This document shows positions 39,801 through 52,059 of a stretch of 64,000 bases of DNA, piece after piece. This DNA comes from Eledone cirrhosa. Lineage: Eukaryota. The translations under genes were made by a program, and so were the position numbers. Each line of letters starts with the position of its first letter. Position 1 is the stretch's first letter. The DNA lies in assembly GCA_964016885.1 (NCBI GenBank), contig OZ024742.1:145762001-145826000 (forward strand), in the 5' to 3' direction. Below the pieces are notes generated by a model, which was not told where the DNA came from, did no database searches, and was given only the letters and a program-made list of their open reading frames with translations.

Positions 39801-41084
39801 CTTTATTGCACCTATCTTCACCTAACAAACTGCTAAACTATAGTCAACATGAAGACAAAAATGGAGGTAAACAAACACACATACATTAAACCATCATCAT
39901 CACCGTTTTATGTCTATTTTTCCATGCTAGCATGGGTTAGGCGAGTTGTCTTGTTGTGGGCAATGCTAGGTCAGGTGATCATGTCTTATTCATACAGAAC
40001 TGATTTTGGCTTAGTTTCTACAGCTGGATTTTATATATAAGTTATACTTTGGGAATATCATACTGCACATAAAAACATGTGTTGGATTTCACTTTGGTTT
40101 TATTATTAGTCAGTTACTGGCCTTGTGCCTATACTAGAAATCATTATTAGCCAGTTAACTAATCTATACCTTGGTTAGTTTAGTAACTGGATGGTTATTT
40201 AATTGTCATATATCTTTCACCACATATCCTATGACCTTCACAATGAATATTCTTGCTCCTCTGTCTCCTCTTCAATTTGATTTTATTTTATTTACTCTAT
40301 CTTATCTTTTTATTGGCAGCATGACTCTCCCAAAGTATAACAATATCTATTTCACAGTTTCACATCAAGAATCCTATGAAACAAATATATGTGTGATTTA
40401 TTAGTTAAGGCAAGTAAGACCATTATCCAGCTTGGTACTTTATACTTTGAAAAGGTAGACTGTATTATAAAAACTATATAGCAGAGGGCACTCACCCAAT
40501 GTGCTATGCAGTAAGAGTGAACTCAAAACCACATTGTCATGCTATTAACTTCATTAATTCTCTCGAAGAGTGTTATCATTGACCCTTTTTAGATACTTGT
40601 TGACATGAGACAAAGTATAAATGGGTTGAAGAGCTTATGTAATTAATACAGAATAATTGATGTAATTAATACAGAATAACTAATGTAATTAAAAGTAATT
40701 GCACATTATATCTAATACTGTTATTTTAAAAGTGTTGTGTATATCTGGTTTAGAGTAGGTGCACTGTATTCCAGCATGTTGTAAGAGGTGACTAAAAGAG
40801 TAGGTGCCAAAGGATATCCAGCCATAAAACTTAAAGGATCTCATATTTACTCATGAGATCCTTTCATGGAGCTTGCAAGGATTACTAATTCTTTAGCAGG
40901 GAAAAAGGCCATAACACGCTTGCTACTACTACTAGTAGTAGTTTTTCCATGCCCACATGGGTTGAACATATTCTTTCCTACTTACTAGCACTCTAGCTTT
41001 GGCTAAGTTTACTTTCAACGCTTGATTCAAAATTCTGTTTCCATAGTTGGAATTTATTCTCTAGTTCTTTTACAGATTCAGCTA

Positions 41085-41410
41085 TAAGGACCAGACCATC
41101 CATTTAGAGAAGTTCCATGGCCAGTCATAAACTCTTCTATTATGGCAATGAGAATTATGATAAACAGCAGTGAACTGAAAACCAAACCTGTACCTTGGAT
41201 CCCTCATTGAGCTCACTTTACTGACAACTACATGGCTTGCACTGCTCTCACAAGCCATCCTTCTACACCTAGTTTTCTTAAGGACCACCAGATAACAGAA
41301 TGAGGTATTCTGTCAAAGATCTTTTCTAGATCAACAAAAGCTAGATATAGTGGCTTATTCTTGGTTAGGAATTTCTCTTGTAGTTGTCTCACTAAGAGGA
41401 GGTCATCTGT
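41085..41410 (-). mobile_element. RTE reverse transcriptase fragment
   Basis: Minus-strand LVRQLQEKFLTKNKPLYLAFVDLEKIFDRIPHSVIWWSLRKLGVEEWLVRAVQAM. Confidence 0.85.
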
Positions 41411-42165
41411 CTTTCCAATAATAATTTATAATTATAAGAGAGTGAAAATTTGTTTGTTTTGAAACATCGTCATTTCTCAAACAAATCATCACAAATATCA
41501 AGATCCATCCCATGAACATAAACAAAAACTTTTTGAATCCAATATTCCAATCTCAGGAAACAGTTTTTAAAAAGCAATATAAAAAGAATGAATGTTATAT
41601 TAGAGTGAGAATGTAAGAAAGAAGAAACAGACAAATGAGGAAAAGGAAACAAAAACAAAAGAAATTTTCTAAGCACCCAACTGAGTGCATTCTTTAACTC
41701 TCTCAAATCCCCTCTTTTTTTTGTCTTGTTCTATTTCTTTCCTTCTCTCTCAGTCACATGACAGATGTTAGTGCACATATATAAACTGCTGCTCCTGACA
41801 CTATCACTACTATCACCACAACTCCAAGTATGGCCTCTACTGCTGCAACTAACACTACAGGCCTTCACTTTCTCCTACGAAAAACAGAAAATATGAAGGA
41901 CTTATCTGCATTCAACTTCTATCATAGAAAAGGAATATTTTGGTGTATTTTCTTTTTTTTAACATGAATATCTTAACAAATGAGACCGGTAGAATTTTAT
42001 GATGAAGATGCATTTTTTATGCTAAAGTTTTTCAATGCAATTTTAGTTGATACTTCTGTCAAACATTAGATAATAATACATAGCAATTCTTGGTTTCACA
42101 ATTTTTAATTAAAATTCAGCTCAGAGGCCACTTGACCTTTCTCTCTGAAGTTGAGAAAATTAGTC

Positions 42166-42428
42166 ATGGCTATGTGGTTATGGAATTTGGTTTGCAACCC
42201 ATAGTTTCGGGTTCAGTTCCATGGCAGGGTACCTTGGGTAGTCTTCAACCATAACCTCGAATTTGGTAAACGGAAGCCCATCATTGTATATATGTGTCTA
42301 TATGTGTATGTTTTGTTTGTTCATGCCTTACAATAAAAATGAATAAATAAAAAGGGTTGACTAAATCCTTTCAGGTTGGTGCCCCAGCATGACCGCTGTC
42401 AAATGACTTAAATCAGTAAAAGAATAAA
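42166..42428 (+). mobile_element. tRNA-derived SINE (family of 16716-17062), immediately intronic to the exon donor
   Basis: ATGGCTATGTGGTTA...GGGTTCAGTTCC...CCTTGGG...GGTGCCCCAGCATGACCGC...AAATGACT..AATCAGTAAAAGAATAAAA. Confidence 0.75.
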
Positions 42429-42439
42429 AACATACTTAC

Positions 42440-42614
42440 TTTTATTACGCTTTGTTGTAGGTTTTTCTGTGATGAATTCAATAGATGGAATGGTAGTTGT
42501 ATCAGGCAGTGTCATAGACATTACCGAAGTGAAAATACTGGCATAGAAAGCAAGCACAGTAAATGTATTCAATCTCCAACCAACTTTATCCCAGATACGA
42601 ATTTTGGAGTACAT
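42440..42614 (-). CDS. First coding exon (signal peptide + Thr-rich ectodomain) of the PY-motif membrane protein; exon 42440-42711 including 5' UTR
   Basis: ATG at 42614; MYSKIRIWDKVGWRLNTFTVLAFYASIFTSVMSMTLPDTTTIPSIEFITEKPTTKRNK then A|GTAAGT donor (42439-42434, phase 1); upstream acceptor TTTTGTTTTTATTTTTCAG|A at 42712/42711. Confidence 0.75.
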
Positions 42615-42794
42615 CTTTGATGAGCAATGTTTAAACTAACGACAACACTGATAGCTTTATTGAGTTGCTAATGAGAGAGCAGAGACAAGTCAACCATTCA
42701 GCTTGACAAATCTGAAAAATAAAAACAAAAAATACAACTTAATACACACAAGCATCAAATTATCTTAGAACTATGTATATTTTAATGAATATTT

Positions 42795-43075
42795 TGTCAC
42801 GACAAAAAGCACCCAGCCCACACTGTAAGGTGGTTATGTAGGTGTCATGACAAAAAGCATCCAGCCCACACTGTAAAGTGGTCGTGTCACAACAAAAAGC
42901 CCCCTGTACACACTGTAAATGTGGTTGGCATTAGGAAGGGCATCCAGCTGTAGAAATCTAATCAGAAACAGTTCTATATGAGCAAGACATGGTCACCTGA
43001 CCCAACTTGCTTCAAATGGGACAACTTGTCTAACCCATGGTAGCGTGGAGAGTGAATGTTAAATGATGATGATGA
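42795..43075 (+). mobile_element. RTE-tail SINE/LINE 3' end with triplicated internal segment
   Basis: GTCA(C/T)(G/A)ACAAAAAGC...CACACTGTAA x3, then GGCATTAGGAAGGGCATCCAGCTGTAGAAA...AACCCATGGTAGCGTGGA...GTTAAATGATGATGATG. Confidence 0.75.
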
Positions 43076-43289
43076 ATGTGAACTCTTAATGACAATGAGC
43101 AATGAAAGAAAATTATTAATGTAAACCTAGATACTGCATTTGATTGTTCAATAATTATAGAAAACTTTTTGCATCTATTTTCCTAAAATAATATGGGTAG
43201 AAATATAGTAGAAATAGCAGAGTGCTGAGTTAAATGCCCATCCAGCTACATTCTAAATTACAAGCATGCTAAGGTTGACCTATTCTCAG

Positions 43290-44035
43290 TGTATTTGATC
43301 CTGTGGTCTCCTGTTAGATCGAACTATCGGCTGTCTACTGATGGAGCTCCTTCTGATCAGCACTATATCAAGTCTGGTGTACCTCAGGATTTAATTTTGT
43401 TTTCTACACTTTTCCTCCAACATATAATAATCTTGTCACTACCTTCAATGATGCCCACTTCTATGCAGGTTATATAACATAGCTTTCTTTGCAAGCCTTC
43501 CATGCCCAAGTGACATCCACATGCAATCTAGAGACCTCATGCTGCACTGACATGAACAGAGACTCAACAATGGTAAAAAAGAACAACAACAAAAAATCAG
43601 AATCATAGCACATATAAAAATATTATTGCACCCCCACCTCTCTGCAACCATTGAGGATCTCTCCTGGCAAATTTACATCTTTAACATAGCAAAAGCTGTA
43701 CCTCAAAGATTGACCTTTTACTTCAGAAAATACTTCAGCTTCTAACAACTACCAGCCCACTGACCCTCAAAGAAATACTACTAGTTCATTTAGGACATTG
43801 CTGCTGCTGCACACACAGAGACTATATTAAAGAAAGAAAAACTAGCAAGTTGACTAACTGACATGCCAAAGTCACTCCAACCGCAAGCCCACAGGTGGGT
43901 CATCTTTACTCTCTACTTTACTAATGTTACAATAATGGAATCTGCTCCTCAAAGATGGTTGGTCGTGTATCACCTCTACTCAAGCAATCCTGACTCACTC
44001 ATATTCTCCTTTATTACCCATACTGTGTCTAACAC
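43290..44035 (+). mobile_element. CR1/Jockey-group LINE reverse transcriptase fragment
   Basis: DGAPSDQHYIKSGVPQDLILFSTLFLQHI followed (frameshift) by AHFYAGYIT, a degraded SGVPQGS..SP.LF..IND...FYADD. Confidence 0.7.
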
Positions 44036-44449
44036 TCAAAGCCCTCCACAACCCATCACGCCCTGTCTCCTTCCTATAATGCTGGTCCTCAGGAATTCCT
44101 GTACTAGGGCAAATGCAGCAGGGGTTGAGTGGCAATAGTACTATAGACCTTGGAGATAGAAGGCTATGGATGTGATGTCTTCCTCAACACCAAACAAATT
44201 TTAAAAAAATGACAAAAAGAAACTTCCAACTTAATTGGAAAATTCCCCCAATGGCACATACAACGACTAGCTCACAGATGTACTAATTCTTCTCTATGTA
44301 CTTCTACACCAATAGCCATCCCTTCTCTGAAATTGTTAGGTGCATAAACCCAACTAAGCCACCTATCAGGCCCATCTCTTTTCCATTTGTATCTCATCTG
44401 TCAATGATGACACTAAACTAACGATTCATCCTCTTCACATTTTTTCCTC

Positions 44450-44900
44450 CATACTAAACAGAAACTTCAGACATGTCCATATTAAACATAAACCTCAACC
44501 TCACAGATATCCATAGTAAACGCAAACCTCGCAGATGTCCATACTAAACACAAACTTCACAGATGTCCAAACTAAAGACTAACTTCACAGATGTCCAAAC
44601 TAAACCACATAGATATCCAAACTAAACACAAACCACACAGATATCCAAACTAAGCACAAACCACATAGATATCCAAACTAAACACAAACCTCATAGATAT
44701 CCAAACTAAACACAAACCCCATAGATATCCATATCAAACATAAATCTCACAAATATCCATATCAAACATAAATCTCACAAATATCCATACTAAATACAAA
44801 CCTCACAGGTGTCCATACTAAATACAAACCTCACAGGTGTCCATACTAAATACAAACCTCATAGAGGGCCATACTAAACACAAACCTCATTGATGTCCAT
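44450..44900. repeat. Degenerate ~28-bp minisatellite (~16 units)
   Basis: Consensus approx. ACAGAT(A/G)TCCA(T/A)ACTAAACACAAACCTC. Confidence 0.85.
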
Positions 44901-45152
44901 GAGAGAGATCCTCAATGATAGTGAGGTCTAGCATTGAGACAAAATGCATAGATTCTTCTAATTTTAGTAGTGTTTTAGTTCCATACACACACAACCCCCA
45001 AATCAAATGAAAAATACCAATATATATAATTATTTGGTTTCAGTCATTTGACTCATCTGTGGTAATGTCTTAAAGAGATTTGGTGATCATATCAATACCA
45101 GTATTTATTCCAATATATTACTCATCAACTTCTTGATAATAAGTAATATTAT

Positions 45153-45252
45153 CAAGGTTAACTTTGCCTTTCATCCATACAGGGTTGATAAAATAAAGCA
45201 CCAGTAATGCACTGGGATAATTGCTGGCTTTGTGTCAAAAGTAGAAACAATT
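45153..45252 (+). mobile_element. Truncated Meta-domain SINE
   Basis: AAGGTTAACTTTGCCTTTCATCC...CCAGTAATGCACTGGGATAATTGCTGG...GTAGAAACAATTA. Confidence 0.8.
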
Positions 45253-45459
45253 ACTTATTAGCAATTTCTATTTGCCAAACTACAATGCTATGAGAGAAAA
45301 CCAAGTATACACACACTCAAACTGAGCCTAAATGCGTTTCAAATAATATATTTATGCAGAGTTGTATTTATCATTTTCCTAGAAATTATCCACCAAGTCA
45401 ACTCTTTCCCAAGCAACATAGGGTACTACTGCTAATGCGCGTGTGTGTGTACACACAGA

Positions 45460-45556
45460 CAGGGTGTCCCCAAAATGTTGACACTTCAACATCAATCTAA
45501 TGAATATTGCCTGTAAAGGTAATCAAAGTACATATACAATTTTGGGGGACACTGTG
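45460..45556. mobile_element. Tiny Tc1/mariner-type MITE (~97 bp)
   Basis: CAGGGTGTCCCCAAAAT ... ATTTTGGGGGACACTGTG|TA inverted termini. Confidence 0.6.
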
Positions 45557-46154
45557 TATATATAACTATGTATATCTGTATCCCAGGTCTTTGTTTATGT
45601 ATGTGTCTGTGATGTTACATAACTTTGGTGATTCAATGAAAAAAGATCGATAAGATAAGTACCAGACATGAAAAAAAAAAAGTAGCATTCAATATTGTCA
45701 ACTAAGTCACTTAAGGCTGTGCCACAGTATGGCTGTAGCCTAATAACTGAAATGAGTAAAAGAATAAAAGAATATTTAAAATCAACTACATACTTTTGCG
45801 ATTTAAAAATTAAGCCTTTTGTCATATTGATAATGATGTTGATGATAATGATGATCAACCAAAAATACTTTCTCACAGCTGCTTATGAGATGAAAATAAG
45901 AAAGAACAACAATATTGGGGAAACTTATGAAAGAGGTGCAGCAGCCACCAAGCTATTGGCCAATCTTCAAAATCAAGGAAATATTATCTCCAGTAGTCTA
46001 CATATCTACTTCTTTGCGTCATAGGTGGAATCCAGGTACCAAGCTTTCTATTGGCTACTAACTAACATATGATGTACTTATAAAAACACCTACCAATCAC
46101 ACTTACTAAAAAGTGGTTCAAACCAGTTCTAAGCTGTATGAGTTTTATATCATC

Positions 46155-46205
46155 ATATATAGATATATATACACACACACACATACATACACACGTGTGG
46201 GGGTG

Positions 46206-46245
<40 letters not shown>

Positions 46246-46267
46246 TACACACACACGTGTGGGGGTG

Positions 46268-46301
<34 letters not shown>

Positions 46302-46355
46302 TACACGTGTGGGGGTGTATATATAGATATACACACACACATACACACACGTGTT
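46155..46355. repeat. Compound microsatellite repeated three times: (TA)n(CA)n-CACGTGTGGGGGTG
   Basis: ACACGTGTGGGGGTGTATATA at ~46191, 46253, 46303. Confidence 0.85.
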
Positions 46356-46461
46356 TACTCATATGCATATATATATATCAGTAGAAAATGCACATAGAAA
46401 ATCATTTACTTAAAACTGCATTTCTAACTTGTCAGCCACCTGCTGGCATGCCTTTTTCACA

Positions 46462-46504
<43 letters not shown>

Positions 46505-46794
46505 ACACACATACATATATAATCATTTAAAACTGACATAAAATGATTATGCAGCCAAAAGAAATATCCTTATTTCTTTATTCATCTATTTGGCTCTTCC
46601 AAGAATAATAATAATTACATGAAAGAGAACATTCTTCAATTGGATTTTAATAAAAAATATATATATCTGTTTGTTGAAAAATATAAATATTAGTAACAAT
46701 TAAATAAACACATATCTATACTAGAACACAGCATATTATATTTGAAGATTAACATTTTAACTGAAAATTAACAAAAGTAATATTGCATTTATTG

Positions 46795-48140
46795 TGATAT
46801 CTTTCATAGAGTTACTTCTGAAATTTAGCAAAGCTAAGGACACATATCTATAATATCTTTCATAGAGTTACTTCTGAAATTTAACAAAGCTAATGATGTG
46901 GATATTTATGATATCTTTCAGAGAATTGATACTGAAATTTAGCAAAGTTAAGGACATGGATATTTGATATCTTTCAGAAAATTGATACTGAAACTTAGCA
47001 AAGCTAATGATGTGGATATCTATGATATCTTTCAGAGAATTGATACTAAAATTTAGCAAAGTTAAGGACATGGATATTTGATATCTTTCAGAGAATTGAT
47101 ACTGAAATTTAGCAAAGCTAATGATGTGGATCATCATCATCATCATCAACGTTTAACGTCCGTGTTCCACGCTTGCATGGATTTGGACGGGGGTAGTCCC
47201 ACTTGAAGCAAGAGTGATTGTCTTGCTCGCATAGGACTGTCTGGCAGGTTTTCTACAGTTGGATGCCCTTCCTAACACCAACCACATTTACAGTGTGGGT
47301 CTGGGAGGTTTTTACCGTGTTGCCTACACGGCCACATTACAGCGTGGACTGTGTGTTTTTTTGTCGTGACACCTACACGATCTCATTTGTTTCGGCCTCG
47401 ATGGCGCGGCACCAACATAACTTTACATAGAACGGGGTGGTGTGGATGGGGTGGGGGTGGTGGTGGTGGGACGGGGTGTATTTTGTTAGAGATGCCTACT
47501 GGCTGGAGTAGATTTTACTATATATTTAGGTAAGGCGGGTCTTCTCTGTTACTGAGTACCGCCAAAGGTCTCGGTCCAGTGACATTGTCTTGGAGAGGTG
47601 TAAGTGTGTGATGTCGGAGTTTATCAGCTCGTCCCAGGTTTTTCTAGGTCTGCCTATTCCGTGACTACCGTCTATCTTTATTGCCCTGCACTTTGTTATA
47701 CAGCTATCGACTTTCATGCGCATCACGTGTCCATACCAACGTAGCCTTCTCTCGAGTAAACAACATCTGATATCTATGATATCTTTCAGAGAATTGATAC
47801 TGAAATTTAGCAAAGCTAAGGACACAGATATCTATAATACCTTTCATAGAGTTACTTCTGAAATTTAACAAAGCTAGTGGATATTTATGATATCTTTCAG
47901 AGAATTGATACTGAAATTTAGCAAAGCTAAGGACATGGATATTTATGATATCTTTCAGAAAATTGATACTGAAATTTAGCAAAACTAATGATGTGGATAT
48001 CTATAATATCTTTCAGAAAATTGATACTGAAATTTAGCAAAGCTAAGAACGTGGATTGTAATATCTTGGATAGAGTTACTACAGAAAATTAGCAAAACTA
48101 ATGAAGTGAATAGCAATATCTTTGATAGAATTACTCCTGC
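46795..48140. repeat. 56-58-bp minisatellite split by an RTE insertion
   Basis: ATCTTTCA recurs at 46799, 46855, 46913, 46969, 47027, 47083 and resumes after 47768; unit ~GATATCTTTCAGAGAATTGATACTGAAATTTAGCAAAGCTAAGGACATGGATATTTAT. Confidence 0.9.
47131..47768 (-). mobile_element. 5'-truncated, relatively young RTE LINE (ORF C-terminus + 3' UTR + (TGA)n tail)
   Basis: Uninterrupted RCCLLERRLRWYGHVMRM...GRPRKTWDELINSD...DRDLWRYSVTEKTRLT*; CpG-rich; tail GGACGTTAAACGTTGATGATGATG. Confidence 0.9.
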
Positions 48141-49064
48141 AAAGTGTAGGAATGGAATGTAGAATATGTATGGTTCCTGAGTACAAAGACATAAATACCC
48201 AAATGGATTTATGGACAATGATTCTACTATTTCTCAGGAAGTAGTGAGTTGCTAGAAATAGTAGAATGCTAGACTAAATCACTTACAGTATTTAGTTTCA
48301 ATTAACTAACTATAACTCCCACCAGAGCTAACCATCATCATCATAATAATAATCACTTTTTACATCTGCTTTTTATGCTGGCATAAGTTAGATGGTTTGA
48401 TTTTATAGATCAAGTTAGTTCTTATTTAGAGATGGGTCAGAGGACCAAGTCTGGTGTGTGTTCCATTTTTGGTAGGGTTTCAACATAATTTGTGCTTTTC
48501 TTAACACTTCTACTACCTTTGCATGCCAATCACTGTCCTACTCTCGCTTTCCTAATGCTCTATAGAATGTACTAGATGCATTTTATCATGGCACCATCAC
48601 TAAGAGTGTACTAGATGCATTTTATTGTGGCACCTTCATTTCCACTTTACAGAGTGTACTGGGTGCATTTTAACATAACACTAGCACTAATAAATTGCCT
48701 TAGGACTAGCAAGACAAAATAGGACTTACTATTCTATGTTGTCTCCATTAAATCAAGGCAATGTAAGCCATAAGGTAAATAAAAGAAACAGCAAAGACAG
48801 AAAGAGCTGGTGAGAGTTTGATGAAAGAAGGTGAATTGGTGTGAAAAAGGGATTGTGGAATGACTAGAAGATGGGATGAGAGTGTTAGAGGCTGATGATT
48901 GTCAGAGAGATCCAATGCCATTCTTAGTTCACATAAGCAGTATAGTGTAATGAGAGTGAAGAGGATGAGAGGGGATAAAATAGGTGTGAGGGACAGGGAC
49001 AGCAGTTGACTTAGGAGGGACATATTGGTCAGAAGACCCAAATGTAGATGTACCTCCCCACCCC

Positions 49065-49680
49065 TGATTACCATTATTTTAACGTTTGTTTCAGCATGCT
49101 TGCATAGAAAGGAGCGTTCTCCAGCACCTTGTAGACCATCATTTTTTAGGTCTAGCGTCTTGGAGTCAGTCTTCACTCTATCATCCCATCAGCACTTTGA
49201 GATCAGCTTTCTTCACTTCTGCCCATGTCTTCCTCTACTACAGCTACATTCCACTAGCATCTCTTGACACTTTTTGACTCAAGTATCATCATCCATATGC
49301 ATCGCAGAATTCTCTCTTGCACACTACATCTGATTACTCATATATCCACTTTTTCTCTTAACTCATCCATGCTTCATTGTTTATGTAGACTATCATTACA
49401 TACCCAATGAAGCATGCTTACTTCATTTCTCTCCAGCCTCTGAATTTACTGTCCATGTACCACTGCTGTGCAACATCACATTTCTCATTCAGGCATCCAT
49501 CTGCCCTTTGCTTGGAGAGAAAATCCAATGTAGTTCCCTGAACTTTTTCCACCACCTGTTCTTATTCTAGCTAATATGCTTTCAGAACAATCTTCTCCAC
49601 TGCTAATTAGGTTACTTAGGTAACAAAAGCTATCAACTTCTATAGTCCCTCTTCTATTTAACCTCTCAGTCTTGAACAAA
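49065..49680 (-). mobile_element. Degraded RTE C-terminal fragment and tail
   Basis: IEVDSFCYLSNLISSGEDCSESILARIRTG; RRHGQK/GRPRKTW-like region near 49215-49240. Confidence 0.75.
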
Positions 49681-50199
49681 GACAAAGTAATGAGGACTCT
49701 TTAATCCTGCCAGGGAGAAGGACACCTCTATAGTGTTGGTGTCAATAAAATGCAACCAGTATACACTAATGTAGGTTGCTGAATAAAGAGAGACAACATA
49801 AGAGTTAAGAAGACTCTTTAGTTTTGTTGTGAACATGATAATGTCTATGGTGCTGATGGTATGATAATATGTACCTTGCACACTTTTAAATTGTTAGCAT
49901 TAGGAAGGGCATCAAATCATAGAAACCATACCATAACTGGAATGTACAGCTAAAACAGAGTACTCCGACATGTCTAGGAGGGCAATAATTTGAAATAAAA
50001 ACTGGCTTAGACCCTGACAACCCATTCTGTTCATGCTGGCAAACATAAAATATTATATGATGTCCCCCTTCCATACACATGCACACGTGTATATCATGAC
50101 TCGTGCACTGTTCATGTTCCTGACGTTTGTACATTACCCTATGTACTATACATACACTTTTGATGAGTTGTAGTGCACCTGAGCACTGTACACAATATT

Positions 50200-50490
50200 T
50201 TCATTATTATATAGTATAGGTTATTCAGAGAATTGAAGGATGAAGTGGGACAAATTGTTGTGGAGTCAGATGCAATTAAAGAATGTACATATTCCTATGT
50301 ACAATGTAAAAGGCAAACCTGTAGCCTATTGCTTATACAGTACACTTAAGATATTGGGACAATGAAAGTATCAGAATAGAGGATAAAGGAAAAAAAGATT
50401 AATAAAATGCAGTTTGGATTTGCACTGGAAAGAGGAACAACTGGTGCAATTTTTATTGTGAGACAGTTACAGGAGAAGTAAGGGACAAAA
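50200..50490 (+). mobile_element. RTE RT fragment
   Basis: INKMQFGFALERGTTGAIFIVRQLQEK at ~50398-50478. Confidence 0.75.
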
Positions 50491-51324
50491 GGAAGAAGCT
50501 TTTGTGCGCACGCACGCACACGCACACACACATATATATATGACTCAATCATCATTATTTAATCTCTGTTTACCATGCTTTCATGGAAAAGACAAATACA
50601 TACACACACACTTACATATATTTCATAACACTCACTGTATTGGTATTCTAGCTATTATATATACAAGGTGTATGTAAATGAGTTGTCCCATTGACAATCT
50701 TGTTTACCTATTTAATAAGTAGTTTTAAGCTACGTTCTTTTCATGTCTTTGAAAATAAAGGGAAGCCATCACTGATGAATTACCACAAAGATTAAACTAG
50801 TGAGTCTAATCCTTACTCTAAGCTGATGAAAATCTTTTTGAACCACTGTATCTAATTTCATGCAAGATTAAATCATGTTTATTAAGCATATGTGACTGTT
50901 TACACATTTATTCAGAACTAACACATTTTTGTGAAGGCATGTGGCTTAGTGATCAGAGAATTGGATTTGCAATTGTGAGGTTGCAAGGTCAATTCCCGAA
51001 CAAGACACTTTATTTCACGTTGCTCTTTCTGCCAGGAGTTGCAATCAGTGGATAGTATCAACAATGGAAAGACCAACAGACACATTGTTTCCTTGGTCTG
51101 ATTAGACAAGTTCCAACCGACTCGGTAAGTGGATGAGATATGAGATCTTGTTGATCATTAAAAACAAACACTGTGTTCGTACTGTAATACTGTAATCTTA
51201 CCTACTACTTCCTACTAACATATAAAGCCCTTTGTTCTCTCCCTTTCAGATTTACAAATCTCCAGCTTACATCCTCATATAAAATCCCATGTCCCTTACC
51301 ACTTCTAAATTGATTTGCAGCCTT

Positions 51325-51724
51325 TAATCCTTTTGTTACCATATTTCTATTAAAAGGCATTATCTATGATTTTTAAAGTTAGTTGGTGCTATTAAGTTAG
51401 ACATGGATTGGGCCAATACTGGTCAAAAGTTATCAAAGTTAAAGTTATTTCGGCAGAGGGTCGGATGCCATGCTTTGCATCAGAGTTATGTCCCTTTACA
51501 GTCTGAGTTCAGTTTATGTGGTGGATAAAATAAAGTACCAGTAATGGATAATTGCTGGCCTTGCGCCAAAAATAGAAACAATTATTAAGCTGGTGTTTAA
51601 AACAAAGTTTCTTACATAAAATTATGATGGGAGGAGGTTAGATAAATATAAATACTTCAAAAGAAACAGTTTTGTATCATAGAACAAGCACCAGTTTTAT
51701 GTAGTTTGGTATCAAAAGGATCAA
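51325..51724 (+). mobile_element. piggyBac-like MITE with nested Meta-domain SINE (~51403-51580)
   Basis: TAATCCTTTTGTTACC...TTTGGTATCAAAAGGATCAA termini; internal SINE ends GAAACA|ATTATTAAG, with TATTAAG duplicated at ~51390. Confidence 0.65.
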
Positions 51725-52059
51725 AGATATTCAAACTTACCTATTTAAGTACCTCAGAATCTACACCTCTACTTTTTCTCTTCTTGAACTCATCCCTTCT
51801 CCTGACTCCAGCACCTACAATTCTAGCCAAATTTTTCTATCTACTAAGATATACCCAACATGTGTAGAAGCTAAACTACTTGCATTGTGAACAGCTTATC
51901 CTAGCTAATCTCCTATCTTACATATAATCCTGATAAAACCACTCAGCTTTCCTTACTGGAAAACCAACTTGTTATCTGACATATATTTTCATTAATACCA
52001 TATTCTGATAAGTGGCTCATTAGTGCATTTCATTAAAAATATTACAAGCATAGCCGTTA

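Noticed and set aside
39324-39836. 170-aa plus-strand ORF
   Set aside because: Antisense to RTE fragments.
46868-48218. Repetitive ORFs (SFAKFQYQFSERY...)
   Set aside because: Translations of the 56/58-bp minisatellite; only the RTE part of 47526..47825 is meaningful.
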